This document shows, in pieces, positions 26,961-35,029 of a DNA stretch of 64,000 bases. The stretch spans positions 2,663-66,662 of the forward strand of contig JBMOIP010000007.1 in assembly GCA_049317265.1 (NCBI GenBank), in the 5' to 3' direction. Below the pieces are notes generated by a model, which did no database searches, was not told the origin of the DNA, and saw nothing but the letters and a program-made list of their open reading frames with translations. Source of the stretch: Bacteroidales bacterium. Lineage in GTDB: Bacteria > Bacteroidota > Bacteroidia > Bacteroidales > FEN-979. Position 1 is the first letter of the stretch; each line of letters opens with the position of its first letter. The translations under genes and the position numbers were made by a program.

Positions 26961-27743
26961 ATGGAAACAAAATCACAAAAATTCAAAATCAGGTTAGGCC
27001 TTTTCATTGCAGGAGGCCTGGCGCTATTTGTCCTCGCCATCTTTATCATCGGCAAGCAGAAAAACCTGTTCAATCCTGTATTTCAGATTACAACGACATT
27101 TTCGAATGTCAGCGGGTTGCAGGTTGGCAACAACATCCGCTTCTCCGGGATCAATGTAGGCACTGTTGACAACATCACCATCATCAACGATTCGACGGTG
27201 AAGGTGGACATGCTGATCAAAAAAGATGTCAGGCAGTTTATCAAGACTGATTGCGAAGTAGCCATAGGGTCGGAAGGACTGATTGGCGACAGGTTGCTCG
27301 TGATCACGCAAGGCAGTGCGGAGGCTCAGCCTGTAAAGAATAAGCAGCGCCTTGTCTCGGCCGAACCCGTTGAACTCGATGCCATCATGGCCAGCTTGCA
27401 GGTTACTGCCGGCAATGCGGAAATTATTTCGCAACAGCTGGCCGAAGTGATGTATAAAGTAAACAACGGCCAGGGAACCCTTGGAAGACTAATTGAAGAT
27501 ACGGCCATTGCCAACAATTTAAGCCAGACGATGGTGAACATCAAACGGAGCAGCAAGGGGCTGGATGAAAATATGAATGCAGCCAAGGAGAATTTCCTGC
27601 TGAGAGGGTACTTCAGAAGGCAGGCTGAGGCGGAAGAAGAGAAGAAACAGGATGCGGCAGATAAGGTCAAGGATGCCCGGAAGAAGAAAGCGTCAGAAGA
27701 TAAAAAAGCAGCAAAACAAAAGTTAAAGGACGATAAGAAATAG
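26961..27743 (+). CDS. mlaD: MlaD/MCE-domain protein
   Basis: N-terminal TM anchor followed by an MCE domain (FSNVSGLQVGNNIRFSGINVGTVDNITI) and a K/E-rich tail. Confidence 0.8.
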   Translation: METKSQKFKIRLGLFIAGGLALFVLAIFIIGKQKNLFNPVFQITTTFSNVSGLQVGNNIRFSGINVGTVDNITIINDSTVKVDMLIKKDVRQFIKTDCEVAIGSEGLIGDRLLVITQGSAEAQPVKNKQRLVSAEPVELDAIMASLQVTAGNAEIISQQLAEVMYKVNNGQGTLGRLIEDTAIANNLSQTMVNIKRSSKGLDENMNAAKENFLLRGYFRRQAEAEEEKKQDAADKVKDARKKKASEDKKAAKQKLKDDKK

Positions 27744-27758
27744 CATTGTTGCAGCAAA

Positions 27759-27825
27759 TGTGTGAATCATGTAAGTTTAACTAAAAGTTGTGTAACACAT
27801 TCCGGTTCGCCGGGTCGGACCTTTG
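27759..27825 (+). promoter_or_regulatory. conserved 67-bp promoter module P7
   Basis: TGTGTGAATCATGTAAG-N13-TGTGTAACAC-N23-TTTG. It begins 15 nt after the mlaD stop, 30 nt from ATG 27856. Confidence 0.7.
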
Positions 27826-27855
27826 CTTCCTCAATATTCAACTAAAAAAACCAAA

Positions 27856-28653
27856 ATGAAAAAGAGTCTCTATTCCATTGCATGCCTCTCCATCGTGATC
27901 GGTATGATGTTTACCTCTTGTATTTCAAACAAGAAGTTCGCTGCTTCCCAGGCGAAAGTGGATCAACTTCAGAAAGACAACGCCAGTTCACTCGGCAAAC
28001 TGAATGATTGCAATTTACAGGTAAGAAACCTGAGTAATGAAAAGACCTCCCTGCAAAATGCAAACGCCTCGGTTGAAAACGATCTGAAAGCGCTCTCCTC
28101 AACCTCCAAAATGACCATTGCGGAACAGGCAAAAAGGCTTCAAAGCTTACAGAATATGATTCAATCGCAACGGGATGTGATGTCAAATTTGAAAAATTCA
28201 ATCGCAGCAGCGTTGCTGAATTACAAAGCCGATGAATTGTCGGTCTATATCAAGGATGGCAATGTATATGTTTCGATGGAAGAGAAACTGCTTTTCAAAT
28301 CGGGCAGCGACCTGGTCAATCCACAGGGGAAAGAGGCGCTGAAATCGCTTGCAAAGGTGATCAACAGCACCAAAGACATTACGGTAAACATCGAAGGACA
28401 TACCGACAATGTCCCCATCAACACCAAACAGTTTGAAGACAACTGGGATCTGAGCACTGCGAGAGCGACATCCATTGTACGTATCCTGACCAAGGATTAC
28501 GACTTTGATCCAAACCGAATTACTGCATCGGGCAGAGGCAAGTTCCACCCGGTTAAAACAAATGACACTGCTGAAGGACGTGCCGGGAACCGCAGAACAG
28601 AAGTAATTCTTTCGCCCGACCTCAATGAACTTTACAAACTTTTGTATCAATAG
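27856..28653 (+). CDS. OmpA/MotB-domain lipoprotein with coiled-coil
   Basis: ATG 27856 gives MKKSLYSIACLSIVIGMMFTSC (lipobox). A coiled-coil is followed by an OmpA-like domain (NIEGHTDNVPI...STARATSIVRIL...GNRRTEVIL). Confidence 0.8.
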   Translation: MKKSLYSIACLSIVIGMMFTSCISNKKFAASQAKVDQLQKDNASSLGKLNDCNLQVRNLSNEKTSLQNANASVENDLKALSSTSKMTIAEQAKRLQSLQNMIQSQRDVMSNLKNSIAAALLNYKADELSVYIKDGNVYVSMEEKLLFKSGSDLVNPQGKEALKSLAKVINSTKDITVNIEGHTDNVPINTKQFEDNWDLSTARATSIVRILTKDYDFDPNRITASGRGKFHPVKTNDTAEGRAGNRRTEVILSPDLNELYKLLYQ

Positions 28654-28683
28654 GCTATTTCTCATACGTCTTATGATCAATTG

Positions 28684-28719
28684 CACCTGGCACCCTGCAA
28701 AGTGCCGGGTGTTTTTTTT
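28684..28719 (+). terminator. intrinsic terminator after the OmpA lipoprotein gene
   Basis: A 10-bp stem (cacctggcac / gtgccgggtg, one G-U pair) with an 8-nt loop, followed by T8 (28712-28719). Confidence 0.6.
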
Positions 28720-28747
28720 AATCATCAATCAACTCCTGATAAAAAAA

Positions 28748-29317
28748 ATGAAAAATCTTAAAATAGCAATTTTACTGGTCCTTATGGCCGGTTTCTCAGT
28801 TCAGGGTTTCAGCGGAAATGGTCCGCTCGACCCGGCAGGCAAAGGCAATGGAATCCTCGGATTCGGATTTGGTCCCGCCATCCCCTTTTATGGCAGCAAC
28901 GGGTCTGGTCCCGCCTTTATCATCCGTTATGATCATGGTATATGGCGGGCCGGACCTGGCACCATCAGCCTGGGCGGCCAGATAGGAACCTCCTTCTTCT
29001 GGCACCACTATTGGCACAAGGATGTTCAATACACCGAACATTGGACCAACCTCGGGTTTGTCTTCAGAGCCGCCTATCATTATGGCTGGAAAGTTCCCGG
29101 CCTCGACACCTACGCAGGTTTTGGAGGAGGAACCGTGTTCAGCATGTACAATGATGGCGGATACTACCCCGAAACCAAGCCATCGCATGTGGGCTATCTG
29201 CCATCGGTATTTTTTGGCGGAACCTACTTCTTCAGCCCGGTTGTTGGCATCAATGCCGAATTCGGCTACAATTTTGCATATGCCGCCATTGGCCTCAATT
29301 TCAGGATCAACAAATAG
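28748..29317 (+). CDS. small outer-membrane beta-barrel-type protein
   Basis: ATG 28748 gives the signal peptide MKNLKIAILLVLMAGFSVQGF. The protein is G/Y/F-rich and ends AAIGLNFRINK. Confidence 0.6.
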   Translation: MKNLKIAILLVLMAGFSVQGFSGNGPLDPAGKGNGILGFGFGPAIPFYGSNGSGPAFIIRYDHGIWRAGPGTISLGGQIGTSFFWHHYWHKDVQYTEHWTNLGFVFRAAYHYGWKVPGLDTYAGFGGGTVFSMYNDGGYYPETKPSHVGYLPSVFFGGTYFFSPVVGINAEFGYNFAYAAIGLNFRINK

Positions 29318-29336
29318 CCAGAAAAATTCAAAAAAT

Positions 29337-29428
29337 GCCACAAGGGCACAAAGAAACAAAGGCGCACAAAGAGTTATATATAAGCAGCATAACCTTCGTG
29401 AAACTTAGTGCCTCTGTGCCTTTGTGGC
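29337..29428. repeat. CACAAAG/CTTTGTG imperfect hairpin element (copy d, opposite orientation)
   Basis: The outer stem gccacaagggcaca / tgtgcctttgtggc matches 13 of 14. The inner arms are cacaaag x2 and ctctgtg. Confidence 0.6.
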
Positions 29429-29476
29429 AATGATGTGCTTTTCGGGATAGGGTCAATACCCGAATGGCACAGTTAA

Positions 29477-29543
29477 AGTGTGAATGATGTAAGTTATAGT
29501 AAAAATTATGTAACGCATCCCGGCTGCCAGGGGCATAACTTTG
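29477..29543 (+). promoter_or_regulatory. conserved 67-bp promoter module P8
   Basis: aGTGTGAATGATGTAAG-N13-TATGTAACGC-N23-TTTG, with -7 box TAACTTTG, 62 nt from ATG 29606. Confidence 0.7.
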
Positions 29544-29605
29544 TTCCTGTATTCAATGATACAAACCTGGCCCGGGGGAATCGGGAAACTTAAATATACA
29601 TCATC

Positions 29606-29761
29606 ATGGGAAGCTTATTATACATCATCGCGGTTATTCTGGTTATAGCATGGGCCATTGGATTTTTCGCCTACAGCGCCGGAGGCATCATTCACATCCT
29701 GCTGGTTATTGCGCTTATTGCAATAATATTCAGGGTAATCCAGGGAAGAAACGTAATTTAA
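29606..29761 (+). CDS. lmo0937-family small membrane protein (sORF absent from track)
   Basis: The 51-aa product MGSLLYIIAVILVIAWAIGFFAYSAGGIIHILLVIALIAIIFRVIQGRNVI has two TM helices and the conserved GG.IH.LLVIA...I.G motif of this family. Confidence 0.7.
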   Translation: MGSLLYIIAVILVIAWAIGFFAYSAGGIIHILLVIALIAIIFRVIQGRNVI

Positions 29762-29768
29762 AAAAGCC

Positions 29769-30879
29769 GTGACAGCTAAAGAACTCGTATTCCCTTTTTA
29801 CGCCAGGATCACATTTCTTTTGGTCGGTTCCTTTGCCTTGATAGCGATGTTGTACATCGCTCAAGGCATTGTTGTTCCGATCATATTTGCAATAATTATT
29901 GCCATCCTGCTCCAACCAGTTGTGAGTTTTTTAGTCAGGTTACGCATCAACAGGGTAGTTGCCATTGCGATTACCATGTTACTGACATTTTTGATCATTG
30001 CTGCAATTGGTTTTTTGCTGTTCACACAGGCAAGCCGGTTCAGCGAATCCTGGCCACTATTGGTCGACAGGTTTACCTTGATGCTCAACCAGTCTATCAC
30101 ATGGGTATCCGAATATTTTGATATAAAACCACAAAAAATCCACGAATGGATCATTAAAACCAAAAATGAAGTCATCAACACGAGCAGCGCTGCCATTGGG
30201 CAAACCCTGCTCTCCGTTGGGAACACCATTGTGGTGATCCTGCTGGTTCCGGCCTATGTTTTTATGATCCTTTATTACCAGCCGCTGCTGCTTGACTTTA
30301 TCCGCAGACTGTTTGCAAAAAAGCCATCAAAGCCAGGTGAGTGAGGTGGTGGGTCAAACCAAAACTGTGATACAACACTATCTCATCGGGCTGGTTATAG
30401 AAGCCATCATTGTGGCAACCCTGGATGCCACCGCACTTTTTATCCTGGGAATTGACTATGCGATTTTGCTGGGGATTTTAGGCGCTTTGCTGAATGTCAT
30501 TCCATATATCGGCGGACTTGTTGCCGTAGCGCTGCCCATGATGATCGCAATAGCCACCAAATCAACGGCATGGTATGCCGTTTATGTGTTGCTTGCATAC
30601 TATTTCATTCAGCTGATCGACAACAACTACATTGTTCCCATCATCGTCTCTTCGAAAGTCAAAATCAATGCCTTGTTTTCCATCATCGTGGTCATTGCAG
30701 GAAATGCCTTATGGGGAGTCCCCGGCATGTTTCTGTCCATACCCCTGCTTGCCATCATCAAACTTATTTTCGATCACATCGATTCTCTCAAACCCTGGGG
30801 CTTTTTATTAGGCGACACCATGCCGCAGATCATTAAAATCAGCCCGGTAATAAAAAAAATATTAAAAAAATCTAAATGA
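29769..30879 (+). pseudogene. AI-2E/PerM-family (UPF0118) transporter, frame-broken
   Basis: ORFs 29769-30344 and 30292-30879 are the N- and C-halves of one permease. The frames differ by 1 nt with the break inside the A6 run 30317-30322, and total length is 3n+1. GTG start. Confidence 0.75.
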
Positions 30880-31916
30880 TAGAGGTTAAAAAAGAAGGCA
30901 TCATCCTGTCGAAGACCGATTTGGAATTTGAAAACGAAAGTGTGCTCAACCCCGCGGCCATCCGCGAAGGCGACAACGTTCACCTGTTTTACAGAGCCGT
31001 GCGTAAAGGAAATAATTCAACCATCGGTTACTGCCGTCTCGACGGACCACTCACGGTCGCCGAACGATGGGATAAGCCCATCATGGTTCCCGAGTTGGAT
31101 TTTGAAACTCAAGGTGTAGAAGATCCAAGGATTGTCAAGATCGATGACCTTTATTACATGTCGTATACCGGTTATGACGGAATCAATGCACGTGGGGCCG
31201 TGGCGACTTCAAAGGATATGATCCATTTTAAAAAACAGGGAATTGTCGTTCCTCCGATCACTTACGCCGAATTTGTTTTCCTTGCTGAATCGGCAGGAAA
31301 AGTAAATGAAAACTATTACCGGAATCAAAAGTTTTATTACCAGGAGGCAGATCCCGAAAAGAAGATGCTTTTATGGGATAAAAATGTGGTTTTCTTTCCC
31401 CGCAGGATCAATGGCAACCTGGTATTTTTGCACCGAATAAGGCCGGGCATCCAGCTTGCTACCGTAAAAAACATCAAAGACCTGACCAAGGAGTTTTGGA
31501 CAGAATACTTTCTTAACCTGCAGGATCATATTGTATTGGATCCTGTGCATGGACATGAATCTAGTTATATCGGAGGAGGTTGCCCCCCCATTGAGACCGA
31601 GCATGGCTGGCTATTGATCTACCATGGTGTGGAGGATACGAACAAAGGACTCATTTACTCCGCCTGCGCTGCAGCTTTACTGGACCTGGATGATCCTACC
31701 AAAGAGATCGCACGGTTGCCCTATGCATTATTTTCGCCTGAGTATGAATGGGAAAAGAGAGGTGAAGTAAACAATGTAGTATTTCCCACAGGTACCGCCC
31801 TTTTTGGCGATACTTTGTTTATCTATTATGGAGCTGCCGACACCCATATTGCCTGTGCCTCCGTGAGTTTATCCGCTTTAATGACCGAACTGTTAACATA
31901 TACTGCAAAAAAATGA
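30876..31916 (+). CDS. GH130/DUF377-family glycosidase or glycoside phosphorylase
   Basis: 346 aa with motifs SVLNPAAI, LFYRAV, GVEDPRIV and YYMSYTGYDG. No signal peptide. ATGA overlaps on both sides. Confidence 0.75.
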   Translation: MIEVKKEGIILSKTDLEFENESVLNPAAIREGDNVHLFYRAVRKGNNSTIGYCRLDGPLTVAERWDKPIMVPELDFETQGVEDPRIVKIDDLYYMSYTGYDGINARGAVATSKDMIHFKKQGIVVPPITYAEFVFLAESAGKVNENYYRNQKFYYQEADPEKKMLLWDKNVVFFPRRINGNLVFLHRIRPGIQLATVKNIKDLTKEFWTEYFLNLQDHIVLDPVHGHESSYIGGGCPPIETEHGWLLIYHGVEDTNKGLIYSACAAALLDLDDPTKEIARLPYALFSPEYEWEKRGEVNNVVFPTGTALFGDTLFIYYGAADTHIACASVSLSALMTELLTYTAKK

Positions 31917-34282
31917 AAAATATAACTGTTGCCGGCAGTAAGGCCGGAATACTATTCGTTACATCCTATCCGCCACGCGAATGCGGCATAGCCACTTACT
32001 CCCAGGACCTGATCAGTGCCCTTAACCATAAATTCAGCAGTTCACTTTCAATAAAAGTCTGTGCCCTGGAATCCAATGGAATAACCTACCCCTATCCTGA
32101 AGAGGTAACCTATATCCTGAAAACCTCGGTTGCCGAAGATTATGGAAAGCTAGCCGACCGCATAAACCTTGACGATGACGTTAAAATCATCCTCATTCAG
32201 CATGAGTTTGGCTTTTTCCACAAACAGGAACAGCCGTTCCTGCAGTTTCTATATACACTTAATAAACCTGTGGTAATTGTTTTCCACACCGTCTTGCCAA
32301 ATCCAAATGATCAGCTGAAACTGAAAATTCAACGCATCATAGCAGTCTGTGAATCAGTGATTGTCATGACCCACAATTCCGAGCAGATATTAACCTCACA
32401 ATATGATATCCTGTCAGAAAAAATTGAGATGATTGCCCATGGCACTCACCTGGTTCCACATATCAGCGAAAAAGTGCTGAAAGCCAAATACAACCTCAGT
32501 AACAGTAAAGTACTCACCACCTTCGGACTGCTCAGTTCGGGAAAAAGTATCGAAACAACACTTAACGCGATGCCGGAGATTGTTAAAAACTGTCCTGAAG
32601 CGCTCTTCCTCGTGATCGGCAAAACACACCCCGAAGTGGTGAAGGCAGAAGGTGAAAAATACCGGGCAATGCTGGAACAGATGGTTATTGACCTGGACCT
32701 GGAGAATCATGTACGATTTGTCAACCAGTATCTTCCACTATGCGATTTACTGGAGTACCTGCAGTTAACAGACATCTACCTCTTTACCTCAAACGATCCG
32801 AATCAGGCAGTGAGCGGAACCTTCGTATATGCGATGAGCTGTGCCTGCCCGATTATCTCTACCCCGATTCCTCATGCAAAAGAGTTGCTGGCCGAGTCGA
32901 CAGGCATTATTGTTGATTTCCGAAACTCCCGGCAACTGGCTGACGGGGTCAACCGGTTATTGGGCGATGAGCCACTACGAAGGAGTATGAGTTCAAACAC
33001 GCTGGAGAAAATAGTCTCCACCGCTTGGGAAAATTCCGCTATTGCCCACGCAATGCTTTTTGAAAGAGTTGCAGGTGAATCCATCTCCTTACAGTTCAAC
33101 CTCCCCTCCATCAACCTGGAACACCTCAGGAACCTGACTACCCCGACGGGGATGATCCAGTTTTCAAAGGTTAACCAGCCGGACATCTCCACCGGCTATA
33201 CCCTTGACGATAACGCAAGAGCCTTAGTTGCATCCTGCATGTATTTTAACCTGACCGGCGACGAGGAGTGCATGGGCAACATTCAAACATATCTCAGCTT
33301 CATCGGACATTGCCAGCAACCCCTTGGAAATTTTTTAAACTACACAAATAAGGACAACGCCTTCACCGCCCAGAATAATAAGGTCAACCTCGACGATTCG
33401 AACGGCAGGGCAGTATGGGCTTTGGGCTACCTGCTGTCTCTTGACGGACTGCTTCCAGCAAGCATTACCAGCGAGGCACAGTCAATACTTCAACATTCAC
33501 TGAAGCACCTCTACACCATTCACTCCACGAGAGCAATGGCTTTCGCCATCAAAGGACTGTTTTACAGTCAGAGTGCTGTAAAATCACCTGAGAACCTTGT
33601 CCTGATAAGGACATTTGCGAATCGCCTGGTTCAGATGTACAAGCATGAAGCGACCCCGGACTGGGCCTGGTATGAAGGGTACCTCACCTATGCAAACAGC
33701 ATCCTTCCCGAGGCCCTGCTCTATGCATGGCAGCTCACAGACGAGCCTGTATATAAAGAGATCGCCATCTCATCGCTCGATTTTCTGTTGTCACAGATTT
33801 TCAACAAAAACGGTATTGAGGTGATCTCCAATAAAAACTGGCTTCAAAAAGGGGAGGTTGCAGGCCATTTTGGCGAACAACCCATCGATGTTGCTTACAC
33901 CATCATGACCCTGAGCCAATTTTACGATGAGTTTTCCGACGAATCGTATGATGAAAGGATGAGGATTGCTTTCAACTGGTTCCTCGGAAAAAACAGGCTT
34001 CACCAGATTATCTATAATCCATGCACCGGCGGCTGCTACGACGGACTGGAGGAGACCCATGTAAACCTCAACCAGGGAGCAGAGTCAACCGTAAGTTACC
34101 TCATGGCAAGATTAACAATGGAGAGGTACACAAGCCTGAATAAACCCAATATGGTAATCCTGCGAAATCACTTCATTATTCATACAAGGCTTATTGAACG
34201 CATGTATTCAACGATGAATGGAAGAATGACCAGGCAGGAGAAAGTCACTTCATTGCCATACGCTGTTCCAAATTCCAATTAG
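31913..34282 (+). CDS. GT4 glycosyltransferase fused to a ~370-aa C-terminal domain
   Basis: 789 aa. The N-terminal half is a group-1/GT4 fold (FVTSYPPRECGIATYS...). The C-terminal half is an extra domain of unknown function. Confidence 0.75.
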   Translation: MKNITVAGSKAGILFVTSYPPRECGIATYSQDLISALNHKFSSSLSIKVCALESNGITYPYPEEVTYILKTSVAEDYGKLADRINLDDDVKIILIQHEFGFFHKQEQPFLQFLYTLNKPVVIVFHTVLPNPNDQLKLKIQRIIAVCESVIVMTHNSEQILTSQYDILSEKIEMIAHGTHLVPHISEKVLKAKYNLSNSKVLTTFGLLSSGKSIETTLNAMPEIVKNCPEALFLVIGKTHPEVVKAEGEKYRAMLEQMVIDLDLENHVRFVNQYLPLCDLLEYLQLTDIYLFTSNDPNQAVSGTFVYAMSCACPIISTPIPHAKELLAESTGIIVDFRNSRQLADGVNRLLGDEPLRRSMSSNTLEKIVSTAWENSAIAHAMLFERVAGESISLQFNLPSINLEHLRNLTTPTGMIQFSKVNQPDISTGYTLDDNARALVASCMYFNLTGDEECMGNIQTYLSFIGHCQQPLGNFLNYTNKDNAFTAQNNKVNLDDSNGRAVWALGYLLSLDGLLPASITSEAQSILQHSLKHLYTIHSTRAMAFAIKGLFYSQSAVKSPENLVLIRTFANRLVQMYKHEATPDWAWYEGYLTYANSILPEALLYAWQLTDEPVYKEIAISSLDFLLSQIFNKNGIEVISNKNWLQKGEVAGHFGEQPIDVAYTIMTLSQFYDEFSDESYDERMRIAFNWFLGKNRLHQIIYNPCTGGCYDGLEETHVNLNQGAESTVSYLMARLTMERYTSLNKPNMVILRNHFIIHTRLIERMYSTMNGRMTRQEKVTSLPYAVPNSN

Positions 34283-34298
34283 GTATTTCCAGTTAAAA

Positions 34299-34364
34299 TG
34301 TGTGAATTATGTAAACTATTTAAATAATTATGTAAATCATCGTCGATAAAGGCAGCCACCTTTG
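34299..34364 (+). promoter_or_regulatory. conserved promoter module P9 (66 bp)
   Basis: TGTGTGAATTATGTAAA-N13-TATGTAAATC-N22-TTTG. It begins 16 nt after the GT4 stop, 83 nt from the TTG start at 34448. This is the most divergent copy. Confidence 0.6.
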
Positions 34365-34447
34365 CACAATTTCAGATTGAACAAAATCATGCAACACCAT
34401 TAACAGAAGATATACTTATCATCAAAGCATTATAAATAAGCAACCTG

Positions 34448-35029
34448 TTGAAGATCTACATTAAATACATGGTTAGTAACCGTTGTAAATTAGCGGTGAA
34501 AGAGGCATTGAAGCAACTTGGGTTGCACTTTATCGTGGTCGATTTAGGGGAGGTGGAGATTATGGAGAGCATCACTGCTTTGCAAAGAACCGAACTTACA
34601 GGCATCCTTCTGAATTCGGGGCTCGAGCTGATGGATGACAAACGGGCCGTCCTCATTGAAAGGATAAAAAATGCAGTGATTGAGATGATCCATCATTCGG
34701 ATGAGATGATCAAGACAAATTTTTCCGACTTCATCAGTAAAAAACTCGATCATGACTACACTTACCTCGCTAACCTCTTTTCTGAAGTGCAGGGTACCAC
34801 CATCGAGCATTACATCATCTCCCATAAAATTGAACGGATCAAGGAGCTCATTATCTATGATGAACTGAATATCACAGAAATAGCCTGGAAATTAAACTAT
34901 AGCAGTGTTGCACATCTTTCAAATCAGTTCAAAAAGGCGACCGGGCTCTCCCCTTCGCATTTTAAACAACTGAAAGTAAAAAAACGAATCCCGCTCGAAG
35001 AGATCGGTAACGCAATGCATGAAGACTAA
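34448..35029 (+). CDS. small AraC-family regulator with N-terminal HMA/ferredoxin-like domain
   Basis: The TTG start is supported by the ATG-initiated paralog (MKIYIKYMVSNRC vs MKLYIKYMVSIRC). The C-terminus is an AraC double HTH (ITEIAWKLNYSSVAHLSNQFKKATGLSPSHF). Confidence 0.8.
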   Translation: MKIYIKYMVSNRCKLAVKEALKQLGLHFIVVDLGEVEIMESITALQRTELTGILLNSGLELMDDKRAVLIERIKNAVIEMIHHSDEMIKTNFSDFISKKLDHDYTYLANLFSEVQGTTIEHYIISHKIERIKELIIYDELNITEIAWKLNYSSVAHLSNQFKKATGLSPSHFKQLKVKKRIPLEEIGNAMHED

